A stretch of 23,363 nt of DNA, taken from NCBI GenBank assembly GCA_003221005.1, contig QHTZ01000103.1, forward strand, positions 1 through 23,363. The letters run 5' to 3'. Within the stretch, counting starts at the first letter, position 1; every line of letters begins with the position of its first letter. This stretch comes from Gemmatimonadota bacterium (lineage in GTDB: Bacteria; Gemmatimonadota; Gemmatimonadetes; Gemmatimonadales; GWC2-71-9). A program made the translations under genes and the position numbers. A model generated the notes under the pieces. That model did no database searches. It had not been told where the DNA came from and saw only the letters and a list, made by a program, of their open reading frames with translations. Shown one piece after another: positions 1 through 6,934 of this stretch.

Positions 1-441
1 ACCCGCCGCGAGCGGCAGCTCCACGACCGGCGTAGCACCTACCGACCGGCCGTCGACGTACACCGTTCCCCACGGCGCCGCATCGAGGGAAAGCAGGGCC
101 GCATTCGCCGGCGTGCGGACACGTGCCGCGGCCGAGGGCTCGGGCGGCTGGGGGGACTGGGGTTGGGGAGAGGCCGCGGAGGACGAGGGCGAGGGAGCGG
201 GGGGCAGCGATTCCGTGGGCAGCGAGTCCTTGGGCGTGGGTGCACGCGGCGCCTGACCGGGGCTCGAGGAAAACGCCCCGATCGACGAGAGCGCGAGCCA
301 CAATCCTGCCGCCACGATCGCAATCCCGACTCCTGCAAGCACGGCGCGGCGCCCGCGCCGAGGCCGTGGCGGTGGCACATCGTCGTAGTCGATGATCAAG
401 CCCTGATTGCGCTGATCGTCGATCTTGCGGGAGATCGTCAT
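1..441 (-). CDS. Single-pass membrane protein with Pro/Ser-rich linker and PEGA domain (3' end runs off the window)
   Basis: Not in ORF track because it has no stop in the window. Manual translation from ATG at 441: MTISRKIDDQ...RRGRRAVLAGVGIAIVAAGLWLALSSIG (TM helix), Pro/Ser/Gln linker, then LLSLDAAPWGTVYVDGRSVGATPVVELPLAAG, the typical PEGA pattern (PWgxVyvDG...G.TP). Confidence 0.8.
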   Translation of the reverse strand, partial: MTISRKIDDQRNQGLIIDYDDVPPPRPRRGRRAVLAGVGIAIVAAGLWLALSSIGAFSSSPGQAPRAPTPKDSLPTESLPPAPSPSSSAASPQPQSPQPPEPSAAARVRTPANAALLSLDAAPWGTVYVDGRSVGATPVVELPLAAG

Positions 442-535
442 GAGGCCCGCCCCCAGGGACGCAAGCCTCGCACCGAGGCAAACTGGTGCTGCGGCGCGGC
501 CTCGGTGTGGCGCCAGCGCTACGGTGGTGGGGCCC

Positions 536-1348
536 TCACCCTGCTCCGCCGGACCGGCCCACGGTCGCCAGCGCCGCCGCCGCATCCGGCCAGCGCGCGG
601 CCGGCTCGGGCGCGAGACAGCGCTGGACCAGCTCGACGAGCCAGCCAGGGAGCGAGCGCACTTCGTCGAGCGGCTCCGACTCGGGCGCCGGAGGCCGGCC
701 GGCGAGCATCTCGTGGGCAAGAACTCCGAGGGCGAACATGTCGTCGGGCGGGCCGGCCTGCGCCGGGGAGCCGCGCTCGCGACGCTCGGGGGCGAGGTAC
801 GTCCCCGCGCACAGGGCCGCAGTCGCAGCGCCCGGCGCGGCGCCGTCGAGCGCGCGCTCCACCGCGTCCACGACCCCGGCGTCGGCGCACAGCACGCGCC
901 CCTCGGCGAGCAGGACGTTCTCGGGCTTCAGGTCGCCGTGCGCCACGCGCCCGGCGTGCGCGTGCGCCAGCCCCGCGAGCAGATCACGCAGCACCGCGAC
1001 CGCCTGGCGCAGCGGCAGCTCGCCACTGCGCGTCACCAGCGCCCGCAGTGTCGTGCCCTCGACAAAGGGTCGGGTGTGATAGATGAACGCGCCCGCGCGC
1101 CCCGCGCTACGCGGAGCCACGAGCCCGGGGTGGCGCAGCCGGTCGGACAACAGGAGCAGCTCCCGCTCGAACACCCCGGCGTTCACTGCCAGGGACAGTT
1201 TCCCCGGAAGCACCTTGACGACCAGCTCGGGGCCCGACGGCACCTCCGAGGCCACGAACATGCGGCACTCGCCCACTGGCCGCACTTCGCGCTCCACCCG
1301 GTAGATCGGCCCGAGGGCGGCCTCCAGCGCCGCGCGCAGATCGGCCAC
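536..1348 (-). CDS. Stand-alone Hanks-type Ser/Thr protein kinase domain with degenerate motifs
   Basis: VVKVL (VAIK Lys), FERE (helix C Glu), HGDLKPENVLL catalytic loop, YLAPE, DMFALGV, RCLA..P..R. Gly-rich loop replaced by RPVGEC and DFG by DAG. Confidence 0.85.
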   Translation of the reverse strand: MADLRAALEAALGPIYRVEREVRPVGECRMFVASEVPSGPELVVKVLPGKLSLAVNAGVFERELLLLSDRLRHPGLVAPRSAGRAGAFIYHTRPFVEGTTLRALVTRSGELPLRQAVAVLRDLLAGLAHAHAGRVAHGDLKPENVLLAEGRVLCADAGVVDAVERALDGAAPGAATAALCAGTYLAPERRERGSPAQAGPPDDMFALGVLAHEMLAGRPPAPESEPLDEVRSLPGWLVELVQRCLAPEPAARWPDAAAALATVGRSGGAG

Positions 1349-1363
1349 TCGCCCTGGTCCCCC

Positions 1364-2281
1364 CTAGCGCGTCCGGCGCCGCCGGGCGCGCGGGCGCTTC
1401 GTCCGCTTCGGCTTGGCCTGTCGCTTCGACCGCACCCGAGCCGCCGGCCTCCGCCGCTTTTTGGCGACCGTCCGCTTGCGCGGCGCTGTCGCCGCGGCAG
1501 CCCGCACGGCCACGGCGTGGACCGCGAACGCAGCGCCTTGCGGGTCGACGCACATCGCGACGCGGTCGCCACCGGGGACGTCCATCGGTCCGTTCACGAC
1601 CTTCCCACCCGAGCGTGTGACCGCGAGCGCCGCCGCGTCCGCGCTCGCCACTCTCGCGTAGCAGAGCCAATGGGGCGGCGCCGACATCCCGGCGGGCCGG
1701 TTGTACATCCCGCCGATCGGGCGCTCGCCCCCCGCTCGCCTGAACATCCAGTAGGTGTCCCCCGGCCCCATCTCGAAGGAGGACGTATGCTCCCAGCCGA
1801 ACAGCGTGCGGTAGAACTCCCACGCCGCCTTCCAGTCTGCGGCTGCGAGCTCGTGCCAGGAGAAGCCGCCGATCCCGGGCTCGTCCGTACCCTCGGACTC
1901 GGTTGGGGCCGGCGTGAACACCGAGAACGCGGCCCCCTGCGGGTCGCCGAGCACGGCGAACCGCCCGGGGGCGATGTCTCGCGGTGGCGCGTGCACACGC
2001 GCGCCCATCCCCCGCGCCCGTTGCACTGTCTGGTCCACGTCGGGCACCGCGATGTGGGGCATCCAGCGCGACGGCTCTCCCATGCGGCGCGCCTCTTCGG
2101 GGAGTCGCATCAAACCCCCCATCGGCGAGGGGCCCATGGTCCACAGACGATACGCGGGATCGTGCTCATAGGGCTGCACCTTCCAACCGACGACCTTGGC
2201 GTAGAAGCCGGCAGCCGCAGCGGGATCGGTGGTCAAGAGATCGTTCCACACGAAGCGGCCGCGCGGGAAGGTGGAGGGCAT
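1364..2281 (-). CDS. Two-domain VOC (glyoxalase/bleomycin resistance-like) protein with Lys/Arg-rich C-terminal tail
   Basis: Two repeats of F.W.(D/E)L....DP..A..FY..(V/L)(V/F)GW ... W..(H/Y)..V.D.D ... G..V...P.D.P...R.A...DPQGAAF; GGAG RBS upstream. Confidence 0.9.
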   Translation of the reverse strand: MPSTFPRGRFVWNDLLTTDPAAAAGFYAKVVGWKVQPYEHDPAYRLWTMGPSPMGGLMRLPEEARRMGEPSRWMPHIAVPDVDQTVQRARGMGARVHAPPRDIAPGRFAVLGDPQGAAFSVFTPAPTESEGTDEPGIGGFSWHELAAADWKAAWEFYRTLFGWEHTSSFEMGPGDTYWMFRRAGGERPIGGMYNRPAGMSAPPHWLCYARVASADAAALAVTRSGGKVVNGPMDVPGGDRVAMCVDPQGAAFAVHAVAVRAAAATAPRKRTVAKKRRRPAARVRSKRQAKPKRTKRPRARRRRTR

Positions 2282-2362
2282 CGAGGGCTCCTGAGATGGT
2301 GCCTCAAAATACGCCAGGTCGCGCGGGTCTGCCTCCTCTCGGGGCGAGCTCGCCCGCGGCGC

Positions 2363-3106
2363 CTACGCCACGCCTGCGAGCGCGCCGCCCTCGATGGGGA
2401 TGGTCGTGCCAGTGATGAACCCCGCCTGGTCCGAGCAGAGCCACAGCACGAGCGCGGCCACCTCCTCGGGGCGGCCCACCCGGCCCAACGGTCGGGCGCG
2501 GGCGGCCTGGGCGCGCACGTCGTCGCCCGCGGCGGCGAGCCGCTCGGTAAGAATCGGCCCCGGGGCGACGGCGTTCACGCGAATACCGCGCGCGCCATAC
2601 TCGAGCGCCGCGGTCGCCGTAAGCCCGACGACGCCGTGCTTCGCCGCGACGTAGCCGCCGATCTGGCGCACCCCCTGCAAGCCCGCGGTGGACGTCAGGT
2701 TGACGATGGCGCCGCCGCCGCTCACGAGCATGGCCGGGATCTCGAACTTCATCCCGAAGAACACACTCCGCAGGTTCAAGCGCACCGCGGCGTCGAACTC
2801 CTCCACCGACAGCTCGGCGAGCGGAGTGGGCCGGTGGCCACCACCGGCATTGTTGACCGCCGCGTCGAGCCGGCCGAACGTCGCCACCGTCTGCTCGACC
2901 AGCGCCGCGACCGCTGCAGGCTCGGTGACGTCGGTGGGCACGGCGAGCGCCCGGCCCCCCGCCGCCTCGATCTCCCGCGCCAGCGCCGTGAGCGCATTAC
3001 CGTCGCGGGCGGCGAGCGCGACCGCCACGCCGGCCTGCGCGAAGGCGCGCGCCGTGGCAGCCCCGATGCCGCGGCTCGCGCCCGTGACGATGGCGACCCT
3101 GTTCAT
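2363..3106 (-). CDS. Short-chain dehydrogenase/reductase (SDR)
   Basis: True start MNRVAIVTGASRGIG at 3106 (ATGA overlap with upstream gene); TGxxxGIG, NNAG, YVAAK (YxxxK), IRVNAVAPG, ITGTTIPIEGG. Confidence 0.95.
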   Translation of the reverse strand: MNRVAIVTGASRGIGAATARAFAQAGVAVALAARDGNALTALAREIEAAGGRALAVPTDVTEPAAVAALVEQTVATFGRLDAAVNNAGGGHRPTPLAELSVEEFDAAVRLNLRSVFFGMKFEIPAMLVSGGGAIVNLTSTAGLQGVRQIGGYVAAKHGVVGLTATAALEYGARGIRVNAVAPGPILTERLAAAGDDVRAQAARARPLGRVGRPEEVAALVLWLCSDQAGFITGTTIPIEGGALAGVA

Positions 3107-3498
3107 ACGTAGCGGGCGATCGCCATCGCCGCGGCCGCCACCACGAGGAGGCCGCCGACCACGCCGCTCGAACGTCCGCGGCGGATCGCGCCGACCACCG
3201 CCGCCAGGATCGCGGCGAGGCCGCCGAGCCCGAGGACGAGCCCGTGCGGCGACGTCACCCACGCGCGCTCGAAGCCCCCGGAAAGCCGGCCGTACAGCGC
3301 GAATCCGGACAGCACGGTGAGCAGCATCGCCGCGCCGAGGGCGGCGCGGGTGCGCCGCTGCTGCATCAGCCGCTCCATGAAGTGCCCGCCTTCCGCGCCC
3401 GCGGCGCGGGCGGCGGGAACGAGAATGACGGCCGTGAAGACCGCCGAGCCGACCCAGAAGATGCCGGCCAGGATGTGGATCAGCCGCAGCCAGACCAT
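3103..3498 (-). CDS. Small multi-pass membrane protein of unknown function
   Basis: 131 aa, about four hydrophobic helices, N-terminal LRLIHILAGIFWVG motif with conserved His; GGGAGG RBS; translationally coupled to the SDR. Confidence 0.8.
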   Translation of the reverse strand: MVWLRLIHILAGIFWVGSAVFTAVILVPAARAAGAEGGHFMERLMQQRRTRAALGAAMLLTVLSGFALYGRLSGGFERAWVTSPHGLVLGLGGLAAILAAVVGAIRRGRSSGVVGGLLVVAAAAMAIARYV

Positions 3499-3518
3499 AG
3501 TAGCCTCCCAAGGTTGAC

Positions 3519-3533
3519 TATACAGTCTGTATA
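3519..3533. promoter_or_regulatory. Palindromic operator TATACAG-T-CTGTATA, probable site for the adjacent TetR; overlaps a candidate sigma70 promoter (TTGACT 3514-3519, TAAATT 3536-3541)
   Basis: Perfect 7-1-7 inverted repeat in an AT-rich 61-bp gap between divergent genes, one of which is TetR. Confidence 0.7.
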
Positions 3534-3559
3534 ATTAAATTGGCTGCGTCAAGGTTCCC

Positions 3560-4198
3560 GTGACCCCCCGGCCGTACCGCATGGGCCGCCGCCAGGCGGC
3601 GGTGGACAAGACCCGGGCCCGCATCGTCGCCGCGGCCCGGCGGTTGCTGCTCGCCCGCCGCCCCACCGAGTTCAGTCTCGAGGGGGTGGCGCGGCGGGCA
3701 CGCGTCACCCGCATGACGGTGTATCACCGGTTCGGATCGCGGCGAGAGCTGCTCGAGGCCTTGTTCGACGAGCTCGCGGCCGAAGGCGGGATGTCGCACC
3801 TGCGGAACGCCTTCCAACAACCCGACGCCGAGCAGGCGCTCGCCGACTATGTCGCGACGTTCGTGCGATTCTGGAGCTCCGGGCGACTGATCCACCGCCG
3901 GCTCCGCGCGCAGGGTGTCCTCGATCCCGAGCTCGAGCGTGCCCTCGCGGCCCGGCAGGAATGGCGGCGTCAGGGACTGCGAGTGGTCGCGGGGCGGCTG
4001 GTGCAACGTCCGGCGGACGACCTGATCGACGTGCTCTTCACCCTGACGAGCTTCGAGACGTTCGACACGCTCGCGGGCGGGACACGCACGCCGGCGCAGG
4101 TGACGTCACTGGTGTTAGGGCTCGTGCGGGGCGCGCTGGGGTTGGCGCTCCCGTCCCCTACCCTCCCGAAGTCGTCGCGAAATCGATCGGCAGGTTGA
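3560..4198 (+). CDS. TetR/AcrR family transcriptional regulator
   Basis: N-terminal TRARIVAAARRLL...FSLEGVARRARVTRMTVYHRFGSRRELL HTH signature. Confidence 0.95.
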   Translation: MTPRPYRMGRRQAAVDKTRARIVAAARRLLLARRPTEFSLEGVARRARVTRMTVYHRFGSRRELLEALFDELAAEGGMSHLRNAFQQPDAEQALADYVATFVRFWSSGRLIHRRLRAQGVLDPELERALAARQEWRRQGLRVVAGRLVQRPADDLIDVLFTLTSFETFDTLAGGTRTPAQVTSLVLGLVRGALGLALPSPTLPKSSRNRSAG

Positions 4199-4520
4199 CC
4201 AGCACACGCACCGCGCGGCCGTCGAGTCGCGCCGGGCGGAACCGTGCGCTCGCGGCCCAGCGCCGCGTCGGCTCGTCGAAGCTGGGACTGGGGCTCGCGA
4301 GAATCCTGATCGAGCTCGGCTCCACCCGGCCGACCGTGTCCACGATCGCCTCGAGCAGCACCACGGCCATGGCGCCGGTGCCGAGCAGTGTCGGCCTGTC
4401 CCTGTCCTGTTTCACGACCGTCCCTCCCACGGTGCCGGGAGGTACGACGCGCGACGCGCCCGAAAGGTTGCAGCGGGGCTCCCGGCCCGGGGTGCCGTGA
4501 GTCGCGAATAGGGAGTACAA
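4158..4520 (-). CDS. TonB C-terminal domain protein, no membrane anchor (start uncertain; possibly a fragment)
   Basis: C-terminal VVLLEAIVDTVGRVEPSSIRILASPSPSFDEPTRRWAASARFRPARLDGRAVRVLVNLPIDF matches the TonB_C pattern (V..iD..G.V....i..S....FD..a.......rF.PA..dG..V). Confidence 0.65.
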   Translation of the reverse strand: MYSLFATHGTPGREPRCNLSGASRVVPPGTVGGTVVKQDRDRPTLLGTGAMAVVLLEAIVDTVGRVEPSSIRILASPSPSFDEPTRRWAASARFRPARLDGRAVRVLVNLPIDFATTSGG

Positions 4521-4543
4521 TTACCTCTTCCCCATCGGCGGGT

Positions 4544-5899
4544 ATGAGGCGAGTGAGGCGATACCTAGCACCCCTGTCGGTCCTGGTGAGTCTGGTCGCA
4601 GGTTGCCGCCCCAAACCGTGGGCCATGGTGGGGCGGATGTCGCCCAATCAGCCCGTGAACGTGGTGCCGTCGGAAGCGAGGACGGTGTATCGCGCCATGG
4701 GGCTCCTCACCGACACGTCGCGACTGCGGTTCGTGGGAGCGGTCCGCTTCCTCGCGGGCGCGACGCCCGACTCGACGCTCGCCGCCGTGGGTCTGTCGCT
4801 GCGCAACAGCTCGCTCACGTTCGTGCCCGGCCGCGGGGACTTCGTCGCCGGCTATCACGTCGAGCTGACGTTCCAGGGCGACAGCGGCGCGGGACGCCAG
4901 GTGGAGCGCGACGAGACGGTCCGCGTGGGCAACGTCCGGGAAACGCTGCGGCGGGAGGAGAGCATCATCTTCCAGCAGTTCGTCGCGGTCCGGCCGGGGA
5001 TCTACACGGTGAAGGTCGTGGTGCGCGACGCCAACAGCCCCGCGGTCGGCGCGGCGGAGGAAGTGGACACCGTACCCCGGTTCGCGAGCCCGAGCGTGGC
5101 CGAGCCGCTTCCCGTCTATGAGGGTGCCGGCCGGACGCAGGTGACCCGCATACCGCAGCTCGTGCTGAACCCCCGGGGCACGCTGCGCTCCGGGACGGAC
5201 TCGCTGCGGTTCTACGTCGAGGGTTACCGCTGGCGCCGGGGGACGCGCCTCGTGGCGCGCGTGGTCGCTCCCGACACGGTGGAGCTGTGGCGGGACACCG
5301 TGGCGCTGGCGGGCGACACGGTGCTCGGCAGCGCGCAGGTCGTGATCAAGCCCGGGGCGTTGCCGCTGGGCCGCGCGACCTTGCACGTCGCCGCGGTGGG
5401 CGGAGACGCGCACGCCGTGGCCCCGCTGCTCGTGACCTTCTCGGAGCGCTGGGCCGTCGCCGACTTCAACCAGATGCTGACGCTGCTGCGCTACTTCCCG
5501 CGGCAAGACCTCGTGGCGAAGCTGCGCACCGCGCCGCGCGAGCAGCGGGCGGCGGCATGGCACGAGTTCTACCGGGAGAGTGACTCCGGCGCCACCACGC
5601 CGCAGAACGAGGCGCTGGACCAGTATTTCCGTCGCGTCGAGGACGCGAACCAGCGCTTCCAGGAGCCCAGCACGCCCGGCTGGCAGACCGACCGCGGGGA
5701 AGTGTTCATCACGCTCGGGCAGCCCGATGAGGCGTTCGACATCGCGGGTGTGGCGCCCGGGGTGCGGTGGGAGTACACCCATCCCCATCTGTCCCTCGTG
5801 TTCAAGGACGAGACCGGCGGCTTCGGCCTGTATCGCCTCACCCGCGAGTCGCGCACCGACTTCGAGAACGCGCTCCACCTGATGCGACGCACCAACTAG
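4544..5899 (+). CDS. GWxTD domain-containing lipoprotein
   Basis: Start at ATG 4544 gives MRRVRRYLAPLSVLVSLVAG-C lipoprotein signal; C-terminal YFRRVEDANQRF...PGWQTDRGEVFITLGQPD is the GWxTD signature. Confidence 0.88.
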   Translation: MRRVRRYLAPLSVLVSLVAGCRPKPWAMVGRMSPNQPVNVVPSEARTVYRAMGLLTDTSRLRFVGAVRFLAGATPDSTLAAVGLSLRNSSLTFVPGRGDFVAGYHVELTFQGDSGAGRQVERDETVRVGNVRETLRREESIIFQQFVAVRPGIYTVKVVVRDANSPAVGAAEEVDTVPRFASPSVAEPLPVYEGAGRTQVTRIPQLVLNPRGTLRSGTDSLRFYVEGYRWRRGTRLVARVVAPDTVELWRDTVALAGDTVLGSAQVVIKPGALPLGRATLHVAAVGGDAHAVAPLLVTFSERWAVADFNQMLTLLRYFPRQDLVAKLRTAPREQRAAAWHEFYRESDSGATTPQNEALDQYFRRVEDANQRFQEPSTPGWQTDRGEVFITLGQPDEAFDIAGVAPGVRWEYTHPHLSLVFKDETGGFGLYRLTRESRTDFENALHLMRRTN

Positions 5900-5901
5900 C
5901 C

Positions 5902-5967
5902 GCCCCTTTGCATTAGTGTCTATGCTACACAAATATTAGTGTAGCATAGACACTAATGCAAAGGGGC
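5902..5967. repeat. Perfect 29-bp inverted repeat with 8-nt spacer
   Basis: GCCCCTTTGCATTAGTGTCTATGCTACAC (5902-5930), AAATATTA, GTGTAGCATAGACACTAATGCAAAGGGGC (5939-5967); arms are exact reverse complements. Confidence 0.97.
5912..5957. promoter_or_regulatory. Two tandem NrtR operator boxes
   Basis: ATTAGTGT-CTATGCT-ACACAAAT (5912-5934) and ATTAGTGT-AGCATAG-ACACTAAT (5935-5957); both carry the GT-N7-AC core known for NrtR sites and lie directly upstream of an operon ending in nrtR. Confidence 0.85.
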
Positions 5968-5970
5968 TCC

Positions 5971-6933
5971 ATGCTCGGATACCTGAAGGCCGCACCCACC
6001 ACGTACGTGCTGCACTATCACCGCGGGCGCCTCGTGCGCGAGGGGCCCGGCCTCACCTTCTTCTACTTCCGGCCGGCCACGACCATCGTCGCCGTGCCAC
6101 TCGCGAGTGCCGACGTCCCGTTCGCCTTCAACGAGGTCACCGCGGATTTTCAGGCCGTGACCCTGCAGGGCCAGCTCACCTACCGCGTCGCCGACCCGCG
6201 CCGCCTGGCGGCGTTGCTCGACTACAGCCTGGCGCCGGGCGGCGGCTACACCTCCGATGACCCGGACAAGCTCTCCGAGCGCCTGGTCCAGGCGACGCAG
6301 ATCCTCGCCCGGGCCGTGGTGCAGCGCCGGTTGCTGCGGGAGGCGCTCGCGAGCTCCGAAGCGGTCGTCGCCGAGGTGCTGGCCGGGCTCCGGGCCGGTG
6401 AGGCCGTGACGATGCTGGGCGTCGAGATCCTTGGGCTCAGCGTCCTGTCCCTCACGCCGACGCCGGAGATCGCGCGCGCCCTCGAAGCGGAGGCGCGTGA
6501 GGCGTTGCAGGGCGAGTCGGACGAAGCGATCTACGCGCGGCGCAACGCCGCGGTGGAGCAGGAGCGCCGGATCCGCGAGAGCGAGCTCAACACCGAGATT
6601 GCGGTCCAGGAAAAGCAGCGCCAGATCCGCGAGACACAGATGGCGGCGGACATCGCCGTCGAAGCGCAGCGCACGGCGTTGATCGAGCGCCGCGGGGAGA
6701 ACGACCGCCGCGACGCCGACGCGCGCGGGTATGCGCTCCGCGCCACGCTCGAGCCGCTCGCGCAGGTCGATTGGCGCACCCTGATGGCGGTGAGCGCCGC
6801 CGGCAGCGACGCGAAACTGATGATCGAGCTGGCGTTCCGGGAGCTCGCCGAAAACGCCGGCAAGATCGGGGAGCTGAATGTGACGCCGGACCTGTTGCGC
6901 TCGTTGCTCGCGCCGGCGCCAGCCGGGAAGTGA
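5971..6933 (+). CDS. nrtX: SPFH/band-7 domain protein with coiled-coil C-terminus (NrtR-regulated NrtX type)
   Basis: ATG 5971 after AAGGGG; SPFH-like T.DFQ.V..QG.LTYRV.DP, LGVEILGLSVLS, then charged heptad region RRNAAVEQERRIRESELNTEIAVQEK; genomic context with NAD-kinase-like gene and nrtR. Confidence 0.85.
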   Translation: MLGYLKAAPTTYVLHYHRGRLVREGPGLTFFYFRPATTIVAVPLASADVPFAFNEVTADFQAVTLQGQLTYRVADPRRLAALLDYSLAPGGGYTSDDPDKLSERLVQATQILARAVVQRRLLREALASSEAVVAEVLAGLRAGEAVTMLGVEILGLSVLSLTPTPEIARALEAEAREALQGESDEAIYARRNAAVEQERRIRESELNTEIAVQEKQRQIRETQMAADIAVEAQRTALIERRGENDRRDADARGYALRATLEPLAQVDWRTLMAVSAAGSDAKLMIELAFRELAENAGKIGELNVTPDLLRSLLAPAPAGK

Positions 6934-6934
6934 C

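Noticed and set aside
425-3112. 895-aa plus-strand ORF
   Set aside because: Antisense shadow of the kinase, VOC and SDR genes; Arg/Gly/Pro-rich with no motifs; long stop-free antisense frames are expected at this GC content.
2363-3511. Long N-terminal extensions in the ORF track (SDR 382 aa; also malate synthase 646 aa, permease 530 aa, ATPase 462 aa, NrtR 268 aa)
   Set aside because: Extensions overlap upstream real genes; internal starts with stop/start overlaps or RBS give normal family lengths, so these are not fusions.
4565-5932. 455-aa minus-strand ORF starting inside the inverted repeat
   Set aside because: Exact antisense of the GWxTD gene with typical shadow composition; no recognisable domain.
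5902-5967. Inverted repeat as a MITE, IS end, CRISPR repeat or plain rho-independent terminator
   Set aside because: No transposase, target duplication, spacers or second copy in the window, and no U-tract after the stem; NrtR boxes explain its core.
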